DNA of 64,000 bases. It comes from Octopus vulgaris. Its lineage: Eukaryota. Position 1 is the stretch's first letter, and every line of letters starts with the position of its first letter. The notes beneath the pieces are model-generated. The model was not told where the DNA came from. It searched no databases and saw only the letters and a program-made list of their open reading frames with translations. The stretch covers positions 57,598,001 to 57,662,000 of the forward strand of contig OX597827.1 in NCBI GenBank assembly GCA_951406725.2, given 5' to 3'. The position numbers and the translations under genes are program-made. Positions 12,478 to 23,759 of this stretch are shown here, piece by piece.

Positions 12478-13180
12478 ATGGGTACAGGACGTCACCAACT
12501 GTGTAAAAAACATAAAATACAAAGATGAGAGAAAAAATGGAAAACAGGACAAGTAAATACAGAGAATAACCCTTATATTATTTATATTATTATTCAATTG
12601 AACACCACGCATCCATTTCAAAGTAAGTTTATCTTAACCTTTTTGATGCGACTCTATACTGATTTCTCCCCCATCCTTTTCTAATTCCCTTTTTCTCCCC
12701 CTTCATCATTTTCTATCTGTCTCTCTCCCCCTCTTTCTTTTTCTCTCTCTTGTTGCTCACACGTGACCATCGTCCATCTTTCTTTTCCTGCACAGACGTT
12801 CAAAGGACTGGACGTTTTCTCTCTCTCTTCTCTTTTCAAAGAAAATATTTCTCCTGGCATTCACCATTTTCCTCTCGTTCTGGTCTAAAGACCCTCCATG
12901 TGTGTTTTCATTCAGTTTCCTTGTATGTCTCCACTGCCCTGTTTTTGTTCCCAACTTTGACACTAAATTTTATTTTGGAATATATGGGAGCAACTGTCTT
13001 TGAAGACTCATACTATCATTGAATGTTTGAAATGAGGAGTAGACAGACAGCTGACAACTGATGAAGGGTCGTTCTGTGTTTACTTGCTCTGCTTTCCATT
13101 TTTTTCTGTCGTTTGCATATTAACTTGTTTGTTTTCATATTTCATGTTTTTTACAGTTGGTGACATCCTGTACCCATATA
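12478..13180. mobile_element. Element with ~100 bp terminal inverted repeats inserted in TA-rich microsatellite (Penelope-like or unclassified)
   Basis: atgggtacaggacgtcaccaactgt..aaaaaacat at 12478 is the reverse complement of atgttttttacagttggtgacatcctgtacccat near 13145-13178. A related body lies at 31910-32850. Confidence 0.65.
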
Positions 13181-13204
13181 TGCATATGTATATATATAAT
13201 TTAT

Positions 13205-13254
<50 letters not shown>

Positions 13255-13924
13255 TACACTCATGGTAGTTATTTTAATGATCCTGGAGATATGAGCTAGC
13301 ATAATCTAATCTCTTGGAACTTGAAATTAATATGTAGGAGACAAAAAAAGAACTGAAAGCATTTAATGTCGTACTTTACCAATTCTGCTTATATCACAGA
13401 CCTAAAAATGACACTAAACAGGTGCAGGCATGGATGTATGGTTAAGAAGCTTGCTTCTCAACCACAAAGTTTCAGGTTCAGTCCTACTACACGACAACTT
13501 GGGAATGTGTCTTCTGCTATAGCTTCAGACCAACGAAAGCCTTACAAGTGAATTTGGTAGAGAGAAACTAAAAGAAATCTATTGTGCATGTGACTCCCCG
13601 TCTTGATATCACATGGTTGTTGTAAATGAATGACATTCATTTCCAATATTCTGTGAAAACATGTCTGGCCAGTGGGGGGGGGATATTATCTTGTTAGGAA
13701 ACAGGTCAGTGCTGGTGACATGAAGGGCACCTAGCTGTAGAAAATCTGCCTTGATGAACCTCATCTAACCCATACAAGCATAGAAAAGCAGATGTTAAAA
13801 TAATAATAAACATGGTGATGATTTCTAACATTCTGGCACAAGGCCAAATATTTTGTGAGATTCAATTAACCCTATGATAATAATTGTTCTGAATATAGAC
13901 AGACAGGTCACAAATTGGGGGAGA

Positions 13925-14120
13925 TCATCATCATCATCGTTTAACATCTGTTTTCCATGCTACCATGGGTTGGACAATTTGACTGAGGACTGGCGAACCA
14001 GATGGCTGCACCAGGCTCCAATCTTGATCTAGCAAAGTTTCTACAGTTGGATACCCTTCCTTATCGCCAACCACTCCGAGAGTGTAGTGAGTGCTTTTAC
14101 GTGCCACCGGCACAACGGCC
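13925..14120 (-). mobile_element. SINE-like family C copy
   Basis: (CAT)n start, ggatacccttccttatcgccaaccactccgagagtgtagtgagtgc. Confidence 0.85.
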
Positions 14121-14129
14121 AGTCGGACT

Positions 14130-14725
14130 AAACCCATCTCAGTGCTTGGCTATTACTTTGTTTTATCAGTCTTGGAGAGATGAAAGCCAAAGTCAACCCT
14201 GATGGGATTGGAACTCAGAATACAAAGAGCCAGAACAAATATCACAAACCAATTTTCTAATGTATTAACATCCTGCCAACCGACCATCTGAAATAGGTTC
14301 TAATTTGGGACACAAAGCCAGCAATTTAGAGGAACTGATTATATCAACTCTAGTATTTGACTGGTACTTTATTTCATCAATACTGGAGGGATGAGAAGCA
14401 AAGGTGACTTGACAGGATTTGAACTCAGAATGTAAGGATTTGGAACAAGTACTGTGAAGTATTTGTCTGACATCATACTGATTCTGCCAATACACCACCT
14501 TCATAACAACAAAAAAATTGTTTCAAATTATGACACAAGGCTAACAATTTTAGCAGGATAGTGGGTAGTTGATTACATCGAACTCCAGTACTTGACTGGC
14601 ACTTTATTTTGTCAACCTTGAAAGGATGGAATGTAGCATTTGAGCTCAGCAAGTGAAATTGCCAAAAGAAATACTGCTAAGCATTTTTGATGCACTAATC
14701 ATTCTGCAAGCTCACTGCCCTAACG
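14130..14725 (-). mobile_element. Three tandem degenerate SINE family B copies
   Basis: Motif gactggtact..tatttt.tcaac...gaaaggatgaaag.caaag...gaactcagaa recurs three times. Confidence 0.65.
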
Positions 14726-15324
14726 ATAATAAAAGTAACTTTATAACTATTTAAAAGGAAAAAGAAAAAAAAATTAATGTAAAAAATATCAACAATAAAG
14801 CTAGTGGAGAACTAGAAAAGGCAGTAATAAAGACAAGAATTTAATGAACAATAAAAATCGAATTAATAAACTATAAAAATGCTGGAAGTATCATATGTAA
14901 TATGAAAATGATTATAATGAATGTAGAACCAAGAAATATCTACATCTTATAATTATAATCACTTTCATTTAGATATATAGTGCAACTATCTCCACTGCCC
15001 TTCAACTATAATCATATTGCTTAGATATTGTACTTATAGTGGGTCAGCTGCCCAGTTTGGTACTATTATGGATGAGCAAACCTATGATCAAATTCATTCA
15101 AGGCATGACCCTTCAAACTTACTTTTTTTAAGGACAGCTTGATATCCTTATCAACTGTTTAACAATACAGCAACCTATGAGTTGTGGTTTTCATTCTCTT
15201 TTCTTCCAGTAGTCTCAGAGGCCCTGCAAAAGGTCATGAGCTATGCCCTGCTTCCTCTGACTAAAGCCAATAAATAAATAATCTTTTTTTGTTTTTGTTT
15301 TGATAAATTCTAAATCATTTATTT

Positions 15325-15725
15325 GTGGCTGTGTGGTAAGTAGCTTGCTTACCAACCACATGGTTCCAGGTTCAGTCCCACTGTGTGGCACTTTGGGCAA
15401 GTGTCTTCTACTATAGCCTCAGGCCAACCAAGGCCTTGTGAGTAGATTTGGTAGACGGAAACTGAAAGAAGCCTGTCGTGTATATGTATATATATGTGTG
15501 TGTGTGTTTGTGTGTCTGTGTTTGTCCTCCCAACATCGCTTGACAACCGATGCTGGTGTGTTTACGTCCCCGTAACTTAGCAGTTCGCCAAAAGAGACCG
15601 ATAGAATAAGTACTAGGCTTACAAAGAATAAGTCCTGGGGTCGATTTGCTCGACTAAAGGCGGTGCTCCAGCATGGCCTCAGTCAAATGACTGAAACAAG
15701 TAAAAGAGTAAAGGAGAGTAAAGAG
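15325..15725 (+). mobile_element. SINE family A (tRNA-derived, CORE-like segment, internal microsatellite), young full-length copy
   Basis: A-box-like TGGCTGTGTGG, B-box-like GGTTCAGTCCC, ggcactttgggcaagtgtctt, internal (TA)(TG)n, tail actgaaacaagtaaaagag. Near-identical to 33686-34148 and 38466-38860. Confidence 0.9.
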
Positions 15726-16141
15726 TGTTAATTTTAACTCTCTAGATATAACACAAACAGCATTTTAGCTATCATTTTGCCAGAATCTTTATAAAACATT
15801 TTCCCATCTGAAACAAGCTTCTGTCATTTCATATAGACTAAAAACCTCTGACTACTAAATAGACCACCTAAAATGCACAGAAAGAGAAAACTGAAGCTAG
15901 AAGCAAGACACATAACGACTATTTATTTCTGTTTTATGGATGAGTGGTTAATAGTTGTTTAGTCCCAGACAAGCCCTGATTAAATAAATATATGATGAAA
16001 AGCATTCCAGCTATAACCATTCAATCTATTTTCGAAATTTCAGCCAATGTACCTAGAGCTACATTATGTAATACAACGATTCTCAAAGTGAGAAATCCTA
16101 AATAACTAAACCTAAGTAACTACCCCAACTCAACCTCATTG

Positions 16142-16349
16142 TTAACCCTTTTGTTACTATATGTCTGTTCAAATTAATTTGTTCCAAACATGAGCTTATT
16201 AATGATAGCTGTTTCATTAAATCCTTTGTTATTTTAAAAATGAAAACGAAATTTTGACGGAAGATTTTAATTTAGATTACTTTAAAAACAAGAAGTTTGT
16301 GTGATAGAACAAGAGACAGTCTCAGGTGAGTTGGTCTCAAAAGGACTAA
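16142..16349. mobile_element. piggyBac-type MITE family 2, degenerate
   Basis: ttaacccttttgttacta...ttggtctcaaaaggactaa; related to 53758-53967. Confidence 0.6.
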
Positions 16350-16365
16350 TGAGAAAAAAAAAACT

Positions 16366-16730
16366 CTCTTTAATTGTTTCAGTCATTTGACTGCGGCCAT
16401 GCTGGAGCACTGCCCTTAGTCGAGCAAATCAACCCCAGGACTTATTCTTTGTAAGCCTAGTACTTATTCTATCGGTCTCTTTTGCCAAACCGCTAAGTTA
16501 CGGGGACGTAAACACACCAGCATCTGTTGTCAAGCGATGTTGGGAGACAGACAGACACACAAACATATATACGACGGGCTTCTTTCAGTTTCCATCTACC
16601 AAACCCAGTCACAAGGCTTTGGTTGGCTCAAAGTTACAGTAGAAGACACTTGTCCAAGGTGCCACACAGTGGGAATGAACCCAGAACCATGTGGTTGGTA
16701 AGCAAGCTACTTACTACACAGCCCTATCCA
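16366..16730 (-). mobile_element. SINE family A full-length copy, inverted relative to 15325-15725
   Basis: Reverse complement of family A along its whole length. Confidence 0.9.
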
Positions 16731-17699
16731 TAAATCTTTTTTTTTTTTGTGACAGAGTTTTAAAACCATCTATTTTATTAAACATGTTAAATTTGTCTAC
16801 CCACTTTGCAATCTTCATAGTTTCCATAAATGAGAAACAATAAAGCATTGAGAATGTCATCTTAACACAGTTCAAATGAAAGAAATTTAGTTATCTCTAG
16901 TAGGTCAAGTAAACAAGTAGGTAGCCTAGCCTTTTTATGTCTCCAAGATACAAGCCTAGACAGGATTATCTTTTAATGGAAGACCAGCAGCTACACAGGG
17001 CTACTGTAAAAATCTCCTGTCCCCATGCCAATAGTGATGCCCTAGAGCAGGAGTATCAAATTCGTTTGGCGCAGCAGTCGAGACTGTAATACAAACTAGA
17101 TTGTGTGGGCTGAATTGAAGTATAAACTAAATAGCAGCGTTGGCTATAGAAAATGGATAAAGGGGTCAAGAGACATTATAACAAGTTTATTGACAATAAA
17201 GGAACAAACAAAGTTAGAAAAGTTTGTGTACAGAGATGTGGTGGTGGTAGTGGGGCTCACCAAATGGTATATATTGTCCTATTAAGTAAAAATACTTATA
17301 ATGTAAACAGACAGAAATTGTCCAAATGAATGTAGACACTTCTTGAAGGCTAATACTTGAGAGAATGCTTGCACCGTTTCAATTGCAAAAAATTTTCAAT
17401 ATCATTCGTATCACTAGAATTGATTCAAGAAAACAAGTGTATAAATTATGGATGGGATCTATTAGGCTTGGTATGTATAAACAAAATGGAAGGGAAAACA
17501 GATCACATCTTTAAGTGGATTCATAATCACATCTTTATATGGATTCATAAGCTTCTTTTTCAGTGATTAGAACAAAAGATTTCCTAAGATGCACTGATCT
17601 GACTGATCGGAACTTATGTTAATTGCAACTCTAACCAAGCCCAAACTCTGAATACAGAATATTTTTCCTTTTTATAAACCAGACTAGCCTATATACATC

Positions 17700-18130
17700 C
17701 TTATACACTGGTGGTCACAATGCACTTCTATTCTTCCCTTCACTGCACTCTCCTCCATTTGGGCCTGAACTGTTTGGCATGCCATCTTCCTATCACCTTG
17801 GAGGTCTCTTCCAGGTGAGCTCTCCCAATAGATACTTCTCAACAACTGCACAGATCCACCTGTTGTCTGTGAACCTTGCAACATGTCTAGCCTAGCAAAA
17901 CTCGTGCTTTTGATTCTCAAATTACCTTGATTCAGATATGTTCTAGCAATGATATTCTTAGCATGGATCTTTCCAGAGACCACTATATCATAGCAAGTTG
18001 CTGTTCTTTATTCATAGCAGCACATGTCTTGCATATAAGAGCACAAGTGGGACAATACACACAGGCTCTTATCCATCAATGCTTTGAGCATATCGTTAAT
18101 CAAAACAAACACTTTTCATCCTGCTTTTAT
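17700..18130 (-). pseudogene. Degenerate RTE-clade LINE reverse transcriptase 3' fragment
   Basis: Minus-strand translation gives *ARHVARFTDNRWICAVVEKY...RPPR**ED...PKWRR, i.e. the RWAGHVAR..D.RW...EW.P...GRP..RW.D C-terminal motif, with stops and frameshifts. Confidence 0.7.
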
Positions 18131-19004
18131 TCTGTGTGAGATTTCAATGAGATCATGTCTCAGCATATATTTACTGCCAATTCTAAATAAACATATTCCT
18201 TCACCTCAATTTTATTGCTTCTCACCATGGAGTACTGGACTAAACATTGTCCTAGAGAAAAGAAAAGGTCAGTATAACTTAGCACTAGTGTCATTGTAGT
18301 GTTGCCTATGGCATTTACCAAACACAGGGAAGAATTTTTGCTCAATATTACAAGTTTACAAACCCTGCTATGATTTAATATTGCCTAACATGTACAGAAA
18401 TTTAATGATTGCAGCTAAATAAATAAATCTATAAATGAAATCAATTATCCAGAAAAAAATTACTATACAACACTAAGATATAAAATTAATCAATGCAACA
18501 CCTAACTTGCTTAACATACTAGTTACATAAAAAAAAAGTACTTAGCTGTCATTCACAAATCAGTGCAACCTAGTAGCTGGTACCAAGTTTTCACTAATTG
18601 TTTTAGAAATTTAGATACTTCCACAGCAAAGATCAGATAGACACCCTCTTGCTCCACCATTGACAGTGAAATACTGAAGATGTGACAGCTGGAACAAGTG
18701 AAGGTTGTACCAGCAGTCAGTTGGTACTCCTTTTCACTTTAGTGCATGGGAACAATATGAAATGATGTTCTTTGCTCAAGAACACAGCACAACATAGTGC
18801 TGTACTCACCACATACATATACACTGTACACATTAACACTTACTTTGCTGTTTTCCATGTGGATAGTATTAATGGATTATTTCTTTCATGCTTTATGTAA
18901 TCTTTATCTGAGGATATTCATCTAACTCCATTTACTTAGTAGACAAGTGAATGACAATATTTCAGTGTGTAAAGGCAGCAAGTTAGCAGAATCATTAGTA
19001 CATG

Positions 19005-19212
19005 GGTGAGCTGGCAGAAACGTTAGCATGCCGGGTGAAATGCTTAGCCATATTTCGCCTGCTGCTATGTTCTGAGTTCAAATTCCACCGAGGTCGACTT
19101 TGCCTTTCATCCTTTCAGGGTCGATTAAATAAGTACCAGTTACGCACTGGGGTCGATATAATCGACTTAATCCATTTGTCTGTCCTTGTTTGTCCCCTCT
19201 GTGTGTAGCCCC
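19005..19212 (+). mobile_element. SINE family B full-length copy
   Basis: gagctggcagaaacgttagc...gagttcaaattcc (B-box-like) then gaggtcgactttgcctttcatcctttcagggtcgattaaataagtaccag, which resembles the Meta domain of MetaSINEs as I recall it. A second copy lies at 19417-19620. Confidence 0.85.
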
Positions 19213-19623
19213 TTGGAGAGTTAACTGCTATTTCAAGCAGATTGAGCAACTCCACATACAGGCTCAGAGTTAGCTCATATTTCTGCTATTTGATTTTATT
19301 GATACCAAATAGTTTTAAGAGTTCAAATCATGTAACAAAATACTGATGTAGCCTCAATCAGCTCAGGCTATTCCATTCACAAGCTTTAAGAGATTTTTGC
19401 CTCAAAATTATTAGTAAGACAGTGAGCTGGCAGAATTGTTAGCACACTGCGCAAAATGTTCAGTGGAGTTTTGTCTGTCTTTACATTCTGAGTTCAAACA
19501 TCACCAAGGTCAACTCTGTCTTTCATCCTTTCAAAGTCAAAACTACCAGTTACACACTGGGGTTGATTCAATCATTGAGCATACACACACATAGAAATTT
19601 CAGGCCGTGTGCCTATATCAGAA

Positions 19624-19872
19624 AGGTGGCACATAAAAAGCACCATCCGTTCGTGGCCGTTTGCCAGCTCTGTCTGGCACCTGTGCGGGTGGCACGTAAA
19701 AAGCACCCACTACACTCACGGAATGGTTGGCGTTAGGAAGGGCATCCAGCCGTAGAAACACTGCCAGATCTGACTGGGCCTGATGAAGCCTTCTGGCTTC
19801 ACAGACCCCAGTTGAACCGTCCAACCCATGCTAGCATGGAAAACGGACGCTAAACGATGATGATGATGATGA
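19624..19872 (+). mobile_element. SINE-like family C, young copy
   Basis: Two ggtggcac.taaaaagcacc units, ggttggcgttaggaagggcatccagccgtagaaa, ends in (GAT)n. Confidence 0.88.
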
Positions 19873-20165
19873 TTAAGGTGGTGCATTGACAGAAACACTA
19901 TAGTATTACTTTGAATTTCTGGGTTCATGTCCTGCTCAGGTCAACTTTGTCTTTGACCTCTTCCAAGGTCAATAAAGTACCAGCCAAATACTAGGGGTCA
20001 ATAGAATAGATTATTCCTCTCCTTCAAATTTCAGGTTTTGTGGCTATGTTAGAATTAGAACTTTTTTTTTAATTAGTCTATTGGTCTGAAAATATTCTTT
20101 CTCTCTAACATATCCTTATAGTAACTGAGCAAATGTTGACACAGCAACCAACCACTTGATCATAA

Positions 20166-20230
20166 TCTTAGCATTTGGTCATCACTAACTTCATAATGAC
20201 TATAAAGTTAGTGACGACCAATGCTGAGAA
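20166..20230. other. Near-perfect 30 bp hairpin
   Basis: tcttagcatttggtcatcactaacttcata-atgac-tataaagttagtgacgaccaaatgctgaga. Confidence 0.85.
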
Positions 20231-23200
20231 TTTTAGCACTTTCATTTATCCCTCGGTGTTATGATTTATCAAACTATCTTGACTTTAATTTAGCCAGCTC
20301 TTCTGTTTGTTGTGTTAGGTAGACTAGACAAAGCAGGTTTTCTTTATCTCATCTAAGCTCTATATTTAACAGCTGTTCATTTACCACTAATACACACATA
20401 CACACAAACTCACAGCTGACACAATAATAGTATTAATTCTAATAACAATCTTTATGTGAACCTTAGCAATGAACTCTCTCTCTCAGTTCATTACATTTTT
20501 TTTTCAAACAGATGCAAAAGGATTAACATTATCCAACAGCTCTGTCAACCACCCACTCTGCTCTCATCTACCATTCTGTAAATAAACAAATTAACAACAG
20601 ATTTTTTTTTTTTTTTTGCACGAACCAGCAGCTTGTCTTCACAGTTCAAAGTGATCTTCAGAGTGTCATCATGGAAATATTTACAATAGCACCTATTATT
20701 ACAGTCACAGAATGCATATGCACATACAGTGCACAACAGACTGATACAACGCTTCTCCCTCCACCTGTCTTTCCTTGGCAAATAGAGAGTAACACAATAT
20801 GCAAACTACAGCTGCAAGTTACATATTAAACTAAAGGAATCTTGTTAATTGACAATTTTACATTTATATACACACACACACACACACACGAACTAAAAGC
20901 AAACAACTACATAAATAATTAAAAGCAAGCAGTAACACATACACAATTAGCATCCAGTTATGTTGACACAGAGGTACAAGCAATTCGAATTTGCTGGTAT
21001 TTACAACCTGTAGTTGGGTGAGTCAGGTCAATCCAAGGAGGATTTAGCACACTGCTTTCACTACGTAAGGTGGGTGACAGTGTCTTCAGATCAATTCCAA
21101 GAAAGGTCGATCAAGAAGGTGGAAAATATTTTCACTAAATATGTTTCAAAATGACGTTTAATGCTGATTGGAGATCAATAATCAAAGTGATCAATTAGTA
21201 GGTCACCATCTGATTAGAAAACCACAGTAGCGGAATTTAATATTACTTCTTTTTCTTTCTTTCCATTCTCCCTCCTCCCCTGCTGACATTTTCTTGAATT
21301 TTTTTTTAATGATTTGTGTATTTGTGTGTATTATATTGCATGTGTGTGATAAAAATCAGAGGTGATGATATTACTGAAGTATATAGAAATCAATTTCTCC
21401 ATCTTCAATAAAAATATGATAATTATCAACTTAAAAGCTCATTTGGAGCAGACACATATCTCACAATTTTAATTATTAAATTAATCTATTATGGCCTTAA
21501 ATATTCCAGAAAGTCAGTCAGTCAGTCAAAGAGACAAATATACAATCCCAACAAAACTAAATGTTTATGCACTGTAAAGAAAAGAGAAATCTAAAGTTTT
21601 AGGCAGGGCTGCTTATGAGAGAGAAGAAATGAGAAGTAAGATGAAAACTTGGCAGAACTGTTAAACTAGCAGATAGAAAGAATGTTTGGGTGATCTGGAA
21701 CTATGTGCTTAAGTTCAAATCCTGCCAAAGTCAACTTTACCTTTCATCCTTTCAGAATGGAAAAATTTAAGTACCAGTCCCGTGCTGGACATCAATTCTT
21801 ACTTCTGTCACTTCCTCTCTCTTTCGAAGATCTACTGCACTTTCGAAGATCCAAAGAGGCCTGAGTACAGCAGATCCTCCAAAGAGAGGTTTAAGCACAG
21901 CAGTTTAAGAACAGGCCTTGGACAAATTTTAATCCTGAGTGGTTGGCATTAGGAAGGGCATCCAGCTGTAGAAACCTTGCTAGATCAGATTGAAGCCTAG
22001 TGCAGTCTCCCGGCTTGCCAGTCCTCAGTCAAACCATCCAACCCATGCCAGCATGGAAAATGGATGTTAAACAATGATGATGAAGTCAATTTTAAAAAAT
22101 ACCAAACACATGTAAAATGTACCTTCCTGTCTCCATGAAGAGTTAAGGGTCCAAGACAATGCAAAGTGAAGGAGAAATGTGATCTCTCTGATAATTTATT
22201 CCCCGACTCCAATTAGAATGTACCTTTTAAAGGAACATCTTTTAAACCAAAATTAGAAAGTGGGACATGTTAAAGAAGAAACTAATCTGTGAAGGATACG
22301 CAGGGGAACAAATATTACAGTTTGGTATACAGAATCGACTCTTCTTGGTGCAGATCATCACCTAATTCTGAGTAGTCTAGGTGTTTATTTTCCATTTATA
22401 GTCAATTAAACCTTCCGTTTGAATGTAGTGCTATAATGAGGGTACATTAATATTTTTGAAATTAAGCTCAAGTATAAATTTCCAGAATTAGATAGTTCAC
22501 CCAATTTTCCACTACTTATTTTCTTAATGGCAATTAAAGCTCTCAACACATTTATGTCAACAAATTGGTTTGAATTCCTTGTTAGAATTATTTCACTTCA
22601 GAGCAAAGTTATAACTATTTATAACTTGTAGTTAGTATTTATTTTACCAACCCTGGAGGCAAAGCCAGCATTCTGACCTGTCTTTGAAATCCAAATTTTA
22701 TCTTCTACATGTTTCAATCATTGGATTGTGGCCATGCTGGAAAACAAGCTTGAGGGGTTTAAGTCAATAAAGTTGACCCCAGTATCTTTTTTAAACAAAT
22801 CTGGTACTTATTCTGGTTCTTTTGCCAAACCATTAAGTTATTGGTCATAAACAAACCAACACTAGTTGTCAAACAGTTTTAGGATACACACAAACAGGCT
22901 TCCACATAGTTTCTGCCTACCAAATTCACCCACAAGGTATTGGTTGGCCTGGGACTACAGAAGAAGACACTACATGGTTGCAAAGTGAGGTTCATAACAC
23001 AAAAACCATGCCTGCATCAATACAGATGAATGAAACAAAACACTGTAAAATATTTAAATGAATCTGATTTAAGAGTATCTAACGTTTCTATCATAACAAA
23101 AGCATTCAACCACTTCAAGTGGACGGAACTTCTGGAAGTGGGAGACCCAGGAAAACATGGAACAAAGTATTGACGGAAATGACTAAGGACTAAGATATCT

Positions 23201-23249
23201 GGCACACTGCTGTACTCAAGGCCCATCCACCACAACAGAATTGATATAG

Positions 23250-23462
23250 TTGCTGGTGACACATTAAAAATACTGGTACTGGTGCCATATAAAAAGTAGC
23301 CAGTACACTCTGTGGAGTGGTGGGTGTTAGGAAGGGCATCCAGCTGTAGAAACCATGCCAAATCAGACAATGGAGCCTGGTGTGGCCCCTGGCCTTACCA
23401 GCTCCAGTTAAACTGTCAAACCCATGCCAGCATGGAAAACAGACATTAGATGATGATGATGA
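23250..23462 (+). mobile_element. SINE-like family C copy ending about 18 nt from the exon donor site
   Basis: gtgttaggaagggcatccagctgtagaaa...cccatgccagcatggaaaacagacattagatgatgatgatga. Other copies at about 21937-22083, 23928-24080, 47600-47770 and 49190-49385. Confidence 0.85.
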
Positions 23463-23480
23463 ATCAACTAATCAACTTAC

Positions 23481-23759
23481 CTCTGCTCCAAACCATAGTT
23501 GACCAGCAAGGCTTTCCTGCAAAACATCATCTGGAAATTTTACACGGAAATCTCTGTTAGCTCTATCAACGTCAATGGCTTTATCCATTATTTTTTGGAT
23601 AATGTTGAGCACTTTGTCCTGACATCCACGTAACTGGTTGACTAAGAGTGTGCAGCGTTCAGGGTCTTTATGACCGTCAAAGCTGTCCAGCTCTGCAGCC
23701 ACCATGTTCAGCTCTTCATCTGCATAGTAGAATTGAGCCAAAAGGGACCGATCAGACTT
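23481..23759 (-). CDS. ZFYVE28: LST2/ZFYVE28 (lateral signaling target 2 homolog), first coding exon visible in the window (probably exon 2), 279 nt, phase 0/0
   Basis: Translates [51 protein letters not shown]...[25 protein letters not shown], matching the LST2 N-terminus as I recall it ([26 protein letters not shown]; [10 protein letters not shown]). Acceptor ttttcttctatttcAG, donor GTaagt. Confidence 0.96.

Noticed and set aside
15325-15400. tRNA genes at SINE heads (also 54057)
   Set aside because: A/B boxes are present but there is no complete cloverleaf, and they continue into SINE bodies.
17501-17550. Short local tandem duplications (also near 21821-21851 and 24265-24303)
   Set aside because: Two-copy ~20 bp slippage duplications with no further structure.
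20545-20781. Cys-rich 78 aa ORF as a FYVE/zinc-finger exon
   Set aside because: No R(R/K)HHCR FYVE signature, it runs through a poly-A tract, and the LST2 FYVE domain is C-terminal, outside this window.
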